In this document: in pieces, positions 54,322 to 64,000 of the stretch
How the letters are laid out: every line of letters begins with the position of its first letter
How positions within the stretch are numbered: the first letter of the stretch is position 1
Assembly: GCA_963734495.1 (NCBI GenBank)
Contig: CAVTHK010000009.1
Coordinates: 352,001-416,000 of the forward strand
Direction of reading: 5' to 3'
Source: an uncultured Spirochaetota bacterium
GTDB lineage: Bacteria > Spirochaetota > Spirochaetia > SZUA-6 > CAVTHK01
DNA length: 64,000 nucleotides
The notes under the pieces: generated by a model
Database searches by the model: none
What the model saw: the letters and a program-made list of their open reading frames with translations, nothing else
Told to the model about the DNA's origin: nothing
Made by a program: the position numbers and the translations under genes

Positions 54322-55352
54322 TTATCCCCGGTTTGTACTGTTGCGAATTACCAGGCGGGGCTGGAGCAGGATGGTTTTAGGTTCGGATGATTCCTTTGTT
54401 TCACGCAGCGAGCGGATCATTTGCACGACTTCCCGAACCGCTGATGCTCCTAATTCGCGCAGCGGCTGGCGGACAGTGGTGAGGGAGGGAATGAAGTACG
54501 CGGAATCGGGATAATCGTCGAAACCCACCACGCGCAATTGATCGGGTATGCTGATACCCAGAGATTGGGCTGCTTTTAATACACCCAGGGCCATCTGGTC
54601 ATTCGCCGCGAAGATCCCATCCAGATCGGAATGGGAGCTCTGCAATGCACGAAAAGCCTGTTCACCACTGGCGGCGCTCCAATTGCCTTCTACGCAAAGC
54701 GAATTGGAAGGTTCCACCCCGGCGCGGGCCAGGGCCTGGCGCCAACCTGCACAGCGCTCACTGGATTCCCACCATTGGGATGGTCCGCCTGACAAAGCCA
54801 ATCTTGCGGCAGCCGCGTTCGACCAGGTGGCTGACCGCCAGGTCGGCTCCATGACGGTTGTCGATCGCCACCACACTGACGGCTGGGTCGGGTTGATTCA
54901 GGAAGATCACCGGTGATGTGCGGGTCAGGAGAGGCGCGATGAAGCGTGAACGGTTCTGACCAACCGGAGGGGTGGCCCAAATAATTCCATCCACCTGGCG
55001 GCTGTCCAACTCATACAGAATCTGGCTGAGATCTTCTTTTTCCGGTTCGTGGGTCAGGATCAAGGTGAGAGAAAATCCCAAGGGATTCGGCTTCTTGCTG
55101 GATGCCGATTAACATGGTGGATGGACCGTAATATTCCAGCCCGGTCGCCACCACTCCCAGCGTGCGCGAATGACGGGTGATCAGCGAACGAGCAATGGTA
55201 TTCGGCTGGTACCCCAATTCAAAGATGAACTGTTGTACACGCAGGCGGGTATCCTCAGCTACATCCGGGCGCTGATTAACCACGCGGGATACAGTTTGAG
55301 CCGAAACGCCGGCAGCCCGGGCGACTTCCTTTAAGGTAGCTTTCTTGATCAT
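54322..55352 (-). CDS. LacI-family transcriptional regulator; frameshifted
   Basis: TLKEVARAAGVSAQTVSRVVN, ANDQMALG, VGFDD, LTTVRQ. Confidence 0.92.
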
Positions 55353-55375
55353 GAGTGATTTACTTCTTGAATTCC

Positions 55376-55417
55376 CGTGAACGATAACAATATAGCATAG
55401 CGGTTTCCAGAAGTCAA
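55376..55417 (-). promoter_or_regulatory. Promoter with adjacent LacI-type operator
   Basis: Minus strand TTGACT-17 nt-TATATT (TG extended), overlapping TGTTATCGTTCACG (central CG palindrome). Confidence 0.6.
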
Positions 55418-55518
55418 TCAAAATAATAGATAAGCCTATGATGGCGATCAGACCTGGGGTATGATTACCGCATTAAAAAATTATCCCAACTACAGGTAAT
55501 CAGGTAACAGGAGACCGT

Positions 55519-55875
55519 ATGGTAAGTCGCTTAGATGAATTTCGAAATTACCGCACCCGGATGAATGCACGCATTGCCGAGATCGATCACCTGGGGATAA
55601 AAAGGTTTTTCAATCTGGACAACAGCGCCTATAAAAATGACGCGCTGGATGGGAAAACGAAGGAATTATTGGGATTGGTGGCTTCGATGGTATTGCGCTG
55701 CAATGACTGCATCGATTATCACATACTCGAGTGTGTGGATGCAGGTTGGACAGACGCAGAACTATATGATGCATTTAATGTTGCTCTGGTGGTAGGGGGC
55801 AGTATCGTGATCCCTCACTTACGCCATGCGGTCGAGAGCCTGGACCTCTACCGGCAAGAGGCCTTGCATGCCTGA
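55519..55875 (+). CDS. Carboxymuconolactone decarboxylase/AhpD family protein
   Basis: LDGKTKELLGL, LRCNDCIDYH, GGSIVIPH. Confidence 0.88.
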   Translation: MVSRLDEFRNYRTRMNARIAEIDHLGIKRFFNLDNSAYKNDALDGKTKELLGLVASMVLRCNDCIDYHILECVDAGWTDAELYDAFNVALVVGGSIVIPHLRHAVESLDLYRQEALHA

Positions 55876-56839
55876 CCAAATCAGCCCTGCTTTTTGGGTG
55901 GGCCCGATCCCAGTTTTTGGCAACCTGATCCTTTCACCGATGGATGGGGTGACCGACCTGCCTTTTCGGATCATCACGCGGCGATTGGGATCAGCGATGA
56001 GCTACACCGAGTTCATCAATGCGATGGACGTGGTGAACGGAAATCCCCACCTGCCGGAACGGCTGCGTTTCTTGGAAGAAGAACGGCCGGTGGTCATCCA
56101 GATTTATGATGACCAACCTGGGCGGATGGTTGAAGCTGCCCAAGTGCTGGAGATGTTACATCCGGATATTATCGATGTCAATATGGGCTGTCCGGCGAAA
56201 ACGGTGTCTTGCCGTGGGGCAGGAGCGGGTTTGCTGAAGGAACCGAAAAAGGTCGCCGAAATCATCTCCAGCCTGACTGCCAATCTTACCGTACCGGTGA
56301 CCGCTAAGATCCGCCTGGGTTGGGATGACCAGAGCCGGAATTACCTCGAAATTGCCAAGATTGTCGAAGGGTCAGGCGGAAAATTGCTGGCAGTGCACGG
56401 ACGGACGCGCATGCAGAATTACGGCGGGAAGGCCGATTGGGATGCGATTGCCGAAATCAAACAGGCGGTGCGCATCCCGGTCATCGGGAATGGCGATGTA
56501 AACAAAGTTGCCGATATTCAACGCCTCATCCAACACACAGGTTGTGATGGGGTGATGATTGGACGGGCAGCCATCGAGAATCCCTGGATCTTTTCCGGAA
56601 AAGATCGTAACCAGGTGGACCCGGCCCTGGTTTACATGACGTTGATGGATCATCTCAAAGCAAACTTAGATTACTACGGGGAAAAAGGGCTGGTATTTTT
56701 ACGAAAATACGTAAAACGATATCTCAGGCTGTATTCCATCGATCCAGAGCAAATGTATGCGCTAATGACCTGTGAGCAGCCAGGGCATTTTATCGAGTTG
56801 GTGGATGAGGTGTTTCAGGCAATCCGTTCGCCGGTCTAA
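55868..56839 (+). CDS. dusB: tRNA dihydrouridine synthase (DusB-like)
   Basis: SPMDGVTD, DVNMGCP, TAKIRLG, VHGRT, NGDV, MIGRAA..NPW. Confidence 0.9.
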   Translation: MPDQISPAFWVGPIPVFGNLILSPMDGVTDLPFRIITRRLGSAMSYTEFINAMDVVNGNPHLPERLRFLEEERPVVIQIYDDQPGRMVEAAQVLEMLHPDIIDVNMGCPAKTVSCRGAGAGLLKEPKKVAEIISSLTANLTVPVTAKIRLGWDDQSRNYLEIAKIVEGSGGKLLAVHGRTRMQNYGGKADWDAIAEIKQAVRIPVIGNGDVNKVADIQRLIQHTGCDGVMIGRAAIENPWIFSGKDRNQVDPALVYMTLMDHLKANLDYYGEKGLVFLRKYVKRYLRLYSIDPEQMYALMTCEQPGHFIELVDEVFQAIRSPV

Positions 56840-56967
56840 ACTTCGAGGAAGGGCGATGGATTTCTAATAGTAAGTCAGATGATTCTAATCATCCCGTGAT
56901 TCCACTTCCCAATCGATGCAGTAAAGGGTAAACTTTATCCATCATTATTTGGAGGTTGGAGGGCACT

Positions 56968-57405
56968 ATGACCCAGGTTAAAGATTTGTTAGCCAAAAAA
57001 GGGGAGGCGCTGTGGACCATTTCTTGCCATTCAACGGTCAAAGAATCTCTGCAAATGATGGCGGATAAGAAAATTGGAGCGCTGGTGGTTATAGACGCAG
57101 GATACATGGTTGGGGTGTTTTCGGAACGAGATTATGCCCGCAAGGTGGTCTCGGTGCCAGATTTTTCACTGGAGACGCCGGTCGACCAATTAATGACCCG
57201 CCGAGTTTTTTATGTCTCCCCTGAGGATACGCTTGACGAGTGCATGGCGCTGATGACCAATCAAAATATCCGCCATTTACCGGTGATGGATGAGGGTATC
57301 CTGGTTGGGATGATTTCCGTCGGCGATGTGGTGAAAGAAACCTTATTTGAGATGGATTCCAGGATCAAAGACCTGGAAAATTATCTCTGGATCCATCTGA
57401 TTTAG
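56968..57405 (+). CDS. CBS domain protein
   Basis: IGALVV, GVFSERDYARK, ECMALMT..IRHLPV. Confidence 0.9.
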   Translation: MTQVKDLLAKKGEALWTISCHSTVKESLQMMADKKIGALVVIDAGYMVGVFSERDYARKVVSVPDFSLETPVDQLMTRRVFYVSPEDTLDECMALMTNQNIRHLPVMDEGILVGMISVGDVVKETLFEMDSRIKDLENYLWIHLI

Positions 57406-57414
57406 GGAGGGCGA

Positions 57415-57862
57415 ATGACAACCGTTAACGATATTCTGGAATCCAAGGGAAAAGCCATTTATTCGGTAGAACCCGATACATCGATCGAGGCCGCGCTGGA
57501 ATATTATGGCTGAAAAGGGAATTGGGGCGTTGATTGTGGTCACTGGATGGAGTCATTTCGGGGATGTTCTCCGAGCGGGATTTTGCTCGAAAAACATTGA
57601 CCATCGATGGGTTCAATCTGAAGACTGCCGGTGCGCAGCCTGATGACTACCCCGGTTTATTTTGTTAAACCAGAGCAATCGCTGGAAGAATGCATGGCTT
57701 TGATGACAAAGATGCGACATTCGCCATATTCCAGTGATGAAAAACGAGGAATTGGTCGGCCTGGTTTCCATCCGGGATGTGGTTAAATGGCTGATCGATG
57801 ATAAATCTTACGTGATCCACGAATTGGAAAGATTCGTCTATTCTCCTCCGGAAGAAGATTAA
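57415..57862 (+). CDS. Second CBS domain protein (tandem paralog); frameshifted
   Basis: MTTVNDILESKG, GMFSERDFARK, ECMALMT, RHIPV. Confidence 0.75.
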
Positions 57863-57881
57863 GAGTCAGATATCTTTAAAG

Positions 57882-57920
57882 AGTTGCAGGAGCGACAGCG
57901 CCGCTCCTGCAACTTTTTTT
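57882..57920 (+). terminator. Intrinsic terminator between convergent CBS and fba genes
   Basis: AGTTGCAGGAGCG-loop-CGCTCCTGCAACT followed by a T-run. Confidence 0.8.
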
Positions 57921-57932
57921 AGAGATAACCGA

Positions 57933-58883
57933 TTAACTTACCAGCTTGCGAACCGCTTCAAGCTGCCCATTGCTGCCAAGGTAACCATTTTTCTGCGGCG
58001 ATGAATTTGGCATATTCGCCCATGAAGACTTTACCGACCGGGCGCAGGTCAAAGTTCTCAGGGTACTGCAGGAAATACTCGCGGTGCACGCGCGTCCATA
58101 CCAGGCGGCCATCGGTGTCGATATTGACTTTGGTGACGCCGAGTTCGGCTGCGCGTTTGAATTGGGTCGGATCGACGCCCTTTGCATCCTTCATCTTCCC
58201 GCCAGCGGCATTGATCCGCGCGACTTCATCCTGCGGGACCGAGCTTGAGCCGTGCATCACCAGGGGGAAACCCGGCAGGCATTTCTGAATTTCTGCCAGC
58301 ACATCCAGGCGTAAAGCCTGGCTGCCGCTGAATTTATAAGCGCCGTGGCTGGTGCCGATGGCAACCGCCAGGGAATCGCAGCCGCTTTTTTCGACAAATT
58401 CTTTAGCCTGGGCTGGGATCGGTCAACATGGCATTTGCTTCACTGACCGCGACGTGCTCTTCCACACCACCCAGCATACCTAACTCGGCTTCAACAACGA
58501 TGCCGCGGGCATGAGCTGCTTCGACGATCCGGTGGGTAGTCTCGATATTGCCTTCGAAAGGTTGGCTGCTGGCGTCAATCATGACCGAGCTGTAAAAACC
58601 GCTCTTGATGCAGTCGTAGCAGGTTTCTTCATCGCCGTGATCCAGGTGAACCGCAAAAATGGCATTAGGAAATACTTCATCCGCGCTGCGGATCAGAGCC
58701 TTCCAGCATGATTTTGTGGGTGTAAGAGCGTGCACCTTTGCTAATCTGGATAATAAAGGGCGCCTGGCTGTCCAGACAGCCGCGGAAGAGACCCATGGTC
58801 TGCTCGAGGTTGTTGATATTATATGCGCCGATCGCATATTTCCCGTAAGCAGCCTGGAATAACTTCTTGGTAGTAACGATCAT
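57933..58883 (-). CDS. fba: Class II fructose-bisphosphate aldolase; frameshifted
   Basis: GAYNINN, VHLDHG, SVMIDAS, EAELG, GTSHGAYK, VMHGSS, KVNIDTD. Confidence 0.92.
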
Positions 58884-58951
58884 TTCTCACTCCTTAAGTT
58901 TGTTTAGTTCTCGGATTGGACGTATTATAGTCCCAATTTAATCGTACCCGC

Positions 58952-60229
58952 TCATTTCTTCAGCCGGTAGAGCGTTTCACCGGCGTGGGGCACCAGCAGA
59001 ATGCCTTCATTTTCCCGGTTGGCCCAATCCTCCGGGTGAATGGTGGCGGGATCGCGGTAACCCAGGTTCACTTTCGCACAGCGTTCCGCTGAAATACCGG
59101 TGGCCAGGGTCACCTGGATGCGCGGATTTTCGATGCCATTTTCAAAAGTCCCAAGACCTTTCAGGTGGGTGGAATGGGCGATGACGCCCCAGGGGAATCC
59201 CTTAAAACGGTCCCACTGCTTGACAAAATAATCCCGGCAGTGGTACCCGATCTCGTCAAGGACTTTGCCATGGGTATAAGAAATTTCGGTGATGTGCGGG
59301 GCATAGATGATCACTTCGCCACCGTCTGCGATGACCGGTTCCATTTTGTACATCCCTTTGGCGCCGGTCCAGATATCATCGTACAGGTGCGGCATCACCG
59401 ATAACACCTGGCGGTATGGACGGTCGACATACTTCACGTGGACCTGTGAGGAAAGGTCAGCGGCTGCCGACCAGGTGGCGTCAGCTTCACCGGCGAAAAC
59501 GCCGCAGATACCCTCGCTTTTCACCACCGGGCAGACGAACAGGCGCGGGGTGGGGATCAGGCCGGCTGCTTTGGTGATGACCGCCCGGATGGGAGTATTT
59601 TTGGTGCCGATCACCTCGAAGTTGGTCAGCAATGCGCCCAACCAGTGGGTGAAATTGATCACTTCCGGGCCGCTGATGCCAGGGAAGAAGTATTTGTTCC
59701 CGCCAGAAAAACCGACGACTTCATGCGGGAAAACCGGTCCGCAAACCAGGATCATGTCGTAATCCAGGACCATTTTATTGATGCGGACTGGAAGCTCCAT
59801 GCTGAGCATGCCCTTGCTCAATTCCATGGTTTCTTCTTTACTGATCTTGCCCAGGGTGACCAGGGTCTCAGGCAGATCCCAGCGGTGATTGAAAATGCCA
59901 ATATTGGCGAATTTTCCCTGGCGTTCTTCTGGAAGAATGCCAAGGTGCTGGTTCAGCGCCGCTTCGCTCATGGGCGTGTGCGTACCCAGGGCGATCAGGT
60001 AATCCAACCTGGCTGTTTTTCCCAAAAGGGCTTCGGCGAACAGGCGGAAGAACAGCTTGAGGGGCATGGTGCGAGTGCCATCGGGCACGATGACCAGCAC
60101 ACGCATTCCGGTAAAGTCATAGGTCTTGAAGAACTGGTCGGTAACCGCACGAACTTCATCTTCGCTGATGAAGCGGTCATTGAAACCTATCCCGAAGGAT
60201 TTCTGGGTTGTGCTGACTGCCATTTGCAT
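58952..60229 (-). CDS. LarA-family nickel-pincer-dependent racemase/epimerase domain protein
   Basis: PDGTR, ALGTH, PHEVVGFSGGNK, KGMYK, DGGEVII. Confidence 0.85.
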   Translation of the reverse strand: MQMAVSTTQKSFGIGFNDRFISEDEVRAVTDQFFKTYDFTGMRVLVIVPDGTRTMPLKLFFRLFAEALLGKTARLDYLIALGTHTPMSEAALNQHLGILPEERQGKFANIGIFNHRWDLPETLVTLGKISKEETMELSKGMLSMELPVRINKMVLDYDMILVCGPVFPHEVVGFSGGNKYFFPGISGPEVINFTHWLGALLTNFEVIGTKNTPIRAVITKAAGLIPTPRLFVCPVVKSEGICGVFAGEADATWSAAADLSSQVHVKYVDRPYRQVLSVMPHLYDDIWTGAKGMYKMEPVIADGGEVIIYAPHITEISYTHGKVLDEIGYHCRDYFVKQWDRFKGFPWGVIAHSTHLKGLGTFENGIENPRIQVTLATGISAERCAKVNLGYRDPATIHPEDWANRENEGILLVPHAGETLYRLKK

Positions 60230-60243
60230 TTTTATCTCCTGGG

Positions 60244-61077
60244 TCATACACCGCTAAAGGCAGAGAAACCGCCGTCGATCGGTACCACGATCCCGGTGAC
60301 GAAACTGGACGCCGGCGAAAGCAGCCAGATCACCGGGCCAGCCAGATCATGGGGTCTCCAAAGCGGTTCATCGGAGTATGGCCGATGACTGCTTTGCCGC
60401 GCGGGGTTAATTCACCGGTTTTTTCTTCGGTCATCAGGAACCTGTTTTGCTCGGTCAGGAAGAAACCGGGTGCGATCGCATTGACGCGAATATTGGGGGA
60501 ATATTCCTGATTGATATGGACTGCCAACCATTGGGTAAAGTTGCTGATCGCGGCTTTGGCAGCGGAATAAGCCGGGAACGCGGGTTAATGGGCGGAAAGA
60601 ATTCATCGAAGAGATGTTGATGATATTGCCCGATTTCTGCGCGGCCATTAACTTGCCAAAGACCTGGCTCGGGAGCAGGGTTCCGATAAAGTTGAGGTTG
60701 AAGACCCACTGCACCGCATCGGTGGGCAGGTCAAAGAAGGGCTGGTCGGCACTGGTCGATGCCTGTTTCTTGTTGCCACCTGCGCCGTTGATCAGGATAT
60801 CTACCTGGTGATATTCTTTCAGAATTACGGATGCCGCATCCTCGATGCTCTTCTTATCCAGCACATCACAGCCCACGGCGATCGCCTCGCCGCCTTCGGC
60901 TTTGATTTCATCGACTACTTTCTGGGCAGCCTGCGGAAAAAGGTCCAGCACAGCCACTCTCGCGCCGCATTTCGCCAGCGATTTACTGATGGCGCTGCAC
61001 AGTACCCCACCGCCGCCGGTGACCACCGCGACTTTTCCGGATATGTCAAAAAGTTTTAGAAGGTAATTGGTATCCAT
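60244..61077 (-). CDS. SDR oxidoreductase (D-mannonate oxidoreductase-like); frameshifted
   Basis: TGGGGVL, INGAGGN, NISSMNSFRPLT, YSAAK, NAIAPGFFLTEQNR, VDGGFSAFSGV. Confidence 0.85.
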
Positions 61078-61150
61078 CAATTCTCCTTTAAGTAAATATC
61101 CTACATATTGTACGGCAACTCGATGAGAAAATAACAGGTTTTAAGGAAGA

Positions 61151-61777
61151 TCAAAACAGAAACCGGCTGAACAAGATGGTGATGGTGGTCAGGTACCAGT
61201 GGATCAGGAATGGATAGTAAAACGACTTTGTGCGCCAGGCGATATAACCGAATACCGTCCCGCCAAAAATGCAGCTGATGGTTTCCAACTCCGGTTTGCC
61301 GAAATGAGCAATGGTGAACGGGACAGCCTGCAGGATGATGGCATACGGGCCGCAGACCGGGAAGAGAGCAAAAACCAGCAAACCGCGAAAGACGAATTCC
61401 CATCCGAAGAGATCGGCGGCATTGGTGAAGATCAATTGGACCAGGTTTTCCTGGTTGCCGGCGTAATATGCGCGAAAATCCGGGGTGCGCGCCACGAAAA
61501 CCATCACCACGGTCATCAATAACCAGCCGCCGATGGTGAAAACAAGGCCGGCTTTCCAGTCCCCGATTTGAAAACCGTACATCGCCAGAGGCTGACGAAA
61601 AATCACGACCACCAGGAGCAATGGCAAGATCAGGTATAGGAAGGTATGGTCCATCCATTTTTCGATGAAGATAGCATGGTAATGATCGATCACGATCAGC
61701 AGGGTGGTTGCAAAGATGGTCGTCACCAGACGCCGATCCATTTTCAGCTCGGCAAACATGAATTTTCGCATAGTCAA
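61151..61777 (-). CDS. CPBP (CAAX/Abi) intramembrane glutamic endopeptidase
   Basis: WEFVFRG, AHFGKPELE, FLIHW. Confidence 0.85.
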   Translation of the reverse strand: MTMRKFMFAELKMDRRLVTTIFATTLLIVIDHYHAIFIEKWMDHTFLYLILPLLLVVVIFRQPLAMYGFQIGDWKAGLVFTIGGWLLMTVVMVFVARTPDFRAYYAGNQENLVQLIFTNAADLFGWEFVFRGLLVFALFPVCGPYAIILQAVPFTIAHFGKPELETISCIFGGTVFGYIAWRTKSFYYPFLIHWYLTTITILFSRFLF

Positions 61778-64000
61778 TTAGGGGCATTTATCCTGGTAGA
61801 GGTAAGTTTTACATTCAAAGGGGGTCAGGGTTCTTCCCACCCGGCGGACGGCTTCGGCTGCCATGTCCGAAATATTCGCATAGCCATACCATGTTCTGGC
61901 GGTTCCATCCCAACTGGTAGTCAGAATCCTGGAGCCATCTGGATTAAACTCGGCCGAATTCACCCAGCTAATATGACCTTCCAATGCGGCGATAAAATCG
62001 CCGTTGGCATCCCACAGCCGGGCGGTCCCGTCCCAGCTGGAGGTCACAATCTGCTTTCCATCCGGACTGTACTCTGCGCTGATCACCGGTCCGGTGTGGC
62101 CCTGGATCCTGGCCTTCAGGGTGCCGTCTACAAGATAAATATAGGCGCTGTTATCCCAACATGATACCAGGATACGGGTGCCATCCGGGGAGAAGCTGGC
62201 CGAGCTGACCAATTCGGGCAGGGTCAGGGTGAGCGGCAGCGGAGTGCCATCGATTTTCCACAGGCGGACTGTTTTATCATCCCCCGCGGTAATGATCGTT
62301 TTCCCATCCAGGCTGAAGCGGGCTGACGCCAGCGGACCCTGATGGCCTTTCAGGGTGGCGATCAACTGACCATCGGTGCGCCACAGAATGGCAGTGCCAT
62401 CTTTGCTGGCGGTGACGATCATAGATCCGTCCGGGGAATAATGGGCATCGACCAATCCGGCGGTATGGCCGTTCAATTCGGTTACGACTTCACCCAGCAG
62501 GTTGAAAACCAATCCCCGGGTCTTGGTCGTGGCGACCAGGATTTGTTTCCCATCCGGGCTGAAGGAGGCCCGGTTAATCGGTCCATTGGTATAAAACTCG
62601 AAGACCTTGACCCCGTCCTTGCGCCGGATGCGAATATTACCGTCCGTGCTGCCGGTGATGAACCACCTGCCGTCCGGTGAAAAACTGCCCGTGATCGCGG
62701 CGCCAAAATGATCCTGGTAAACCTGGACCTGATGATCGGTCTGCCATAGACGAGCAGTAGTATCTGACCCCGCGCTGACCAGCCAGGTTCCGTCCGGGCT
62801 GAAATTGACGCTGTAGACAAACCCGGCATGCCCGTGCAATATAGCCAGCGGCGTGCCATCGGATTGCCACAGGCGGACGGTATTGTCCAGGCTGGAGGTT
62901 GCGATCAATTCTCCATCCGGACTGAAGACCGCCATGTTGACCTGCTGGGTATGGCCTTTCAGATCTGCCAGCCATTTGCCATCCACCGACCAGATCTTGG
63001 CGGTATTATCGCTGGCGCCAGTGACCACCAGGGACCCATCCGGACTGAAAGAAGCAACATTCAGGGTTGACAGGTGCCCTTCCAGGGTTGCTAACAGCAC
63101 ACCGGCGGCCGACCAGATTTTTGCGGTGTCGTCCCAGCTGGCAGATACCAGCTTTTTTCCATCCCGGCTGAATTGAACGGATACCACCCAGGAAGTATGG
63201 CCTTCCAGCGTTTTGATCAATTTCCCGGTCAAATCCCACAGCCGGACCGTTTGATCCGCACCGGCAGTCGCGATCAGGCTGCCATCCGGGCTGAAGACCC
63301 CGGCCAGCACGGCGTCGGTATGGCCTTTCAGAAGGACCGGGTTGGCGCCGTTGCCATCCCAGATGCGGCCGGAGCCGTCTTTGGAAACCGTGAGGATATG
63401 GTTCCCGTCACTGCTGAAGACTGCCTGGCTGACGTCATCGCTGTGTCCCTCCAGAATTTGCAGCGGCTTTCCATCGGACTGCCACAGGCGCGCAGTCTGG
63501 TCCTGGCTGAAGGACAAAATTTTGGAACCGTCCGGGCTGAATATGGCGCCGTTGAGGGCTGCTTTGTGGCCGGAGAGAACGGCCAGCCTGCGGCCATCCA
63601 ATCCCCAGACCATGGCCACGGCATCCTGACCGGAAGTGACGATTTTCTTCCCATCCGGGCTGAAACTGGCAGAATAGAGCGTGTCGGTGTGACCGCGCAG
63701 AGTGAGCGCATAATTGGCCGCACTTAAGGCTTGAAAGAGGGAAGTCTGGACTTCCGGGATCGATGCGCTGCCATAGATTTGCTCCAGCCTGATCCCTTCG
63801 GCTGCCAGTAGCAGCGATAGATCCTGATTCCGTTCCACCAGGCTGCGGGCTCGCGCCGCGATTTCACGAATTTGCGAGGTGCGGCTCTGGTTAATGCGGT
63901 GATCTCGGCCGTCGCGCGGGTGTACGATTCCGCCACGGCCCGGGTACTGGCGATCTGCGCGGATTGGGCGCTGGAATTGGCCTGTTGGCTCGAGTTGAGC
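61778..64000 (-). CDS. WD40 repeat protein (5' part beyond window)
   Basis: Over a dozen GH...V....FSPDG..I.T.S.D.TARLW repeats. Confidence 0.95.
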   Translation of the reverse strand, partial: AQLEPTGQFQRPIRADRQYPGRGGIVHPRDGRDHRINQSRTSQIREIAARARSLVERNQDLSLLLAAEGIRLEQIYGSASIPEVQTSLFQALSAANYALTLRGHTDTLYSASFSPDGKKIVTSGQDAVAMVWGLDGRRLAVLSGHKAALNGAIFSPDGSKILSFSQDQTARLWQSDGKPLQILEGHSDDVSQAVFSSDGNHILTVSKDGSGRIWDGNGANPVLLKGHTDAVLAGVFSPDGSLIATAGADQTVRLWDLTGKLIKTLEGHTSWVVSVQFSRDGKKLVSASWDDTAKIWSAAGVLLATLEGHLSTLNVASFSPDGSLVVTGASDNTAKIWSVDGKWLADLKGHTQQVNMAVFSPDGELIATSSLDNTVRLWQSDGTPLAILHGHAGFVYSVNFSPDGTWLVSAGSDTTARLWQTDHQVQVYQDHFGAAITGSFSPDGRWFITGSTDGNIRIRRKDGVKVFEFYTNGPINRASFSPDGKQILVATTKTRGLVFNLLGEVVTELNGHTAGLVDAHYSPDGSMIVTASKDGTAILWRTDGQLIATLKGHQGPLASARFSLDGKTIITAGDDKTVRLWKIDGTPLPLTLTLPELVSSASFSPDGTRILVSCWDNSAYIYLVDGTLKARIQGHTGPVISAEYSPDGKQIVTSSWDGTARLWDANGDFIAALEGHISWVNSAEFNPDGSRILTTSWDGTARTWYGYANISDMAAEAVRRVGRTLTPFECKTYLYQDKCP

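Noticed and set aside
61778-63838. Repetitive DNA as a possible CRISPR or tandem array
   Set aside because: Repeats are degenerate and in frame, encoding WD40 units; no identical repeat-spacer array was seen anywhere in the window

Overview
This window looks like two unrelated genomes joined near 25,775. Segment A (1 to ~25,775) is very GC-rich (by eye ~70%) and its gene styles suggest Spirochaetota (inference). It carries the 3' end of rimO, an ABC substrate-binding protein, an Rrf2-led sulfur-relay operon (ThiS-like carrier, O-acylhomoserine sulfhydrylase, MoeB/ThiF, DsrE-like, TusA, JAB peptidase, rhodanese), ftsH, a deleted hsp20, cbpA/dnaJ, tyrS with a candidate Tyr leader-peptide attenuator, ald, an MFS-HEAT fusion and yqgE. 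It ends in a lower-GC accessory island: DUF2188, a ubiquitin-like protein and an E2-like/E1(ThiF)/DUF6527-like fusion, transcribed divergently from an XRE-IrrE/ImmA regulator and a truncated PIN gene. Segment B (~25,775 to 64,000) is ~50% GC by eye, resembles Anaerolineae (inference) and is full of single-base indels that look like sequencing error. It encodes mostly housekeeping metabolism: nuoB/CD/I, mrp, korAB, pyk, rocD, argF, araB, fba, a LarA-family protein and a WD40 protein. The best candidates for novelty are the bacterial ubiquitin-like island, the tyrS attenuator and the sulfur-carrier cluster. Family names come from recognising motifs by eye, not from database searches. Coordinates of frameshifted genes are approximate.
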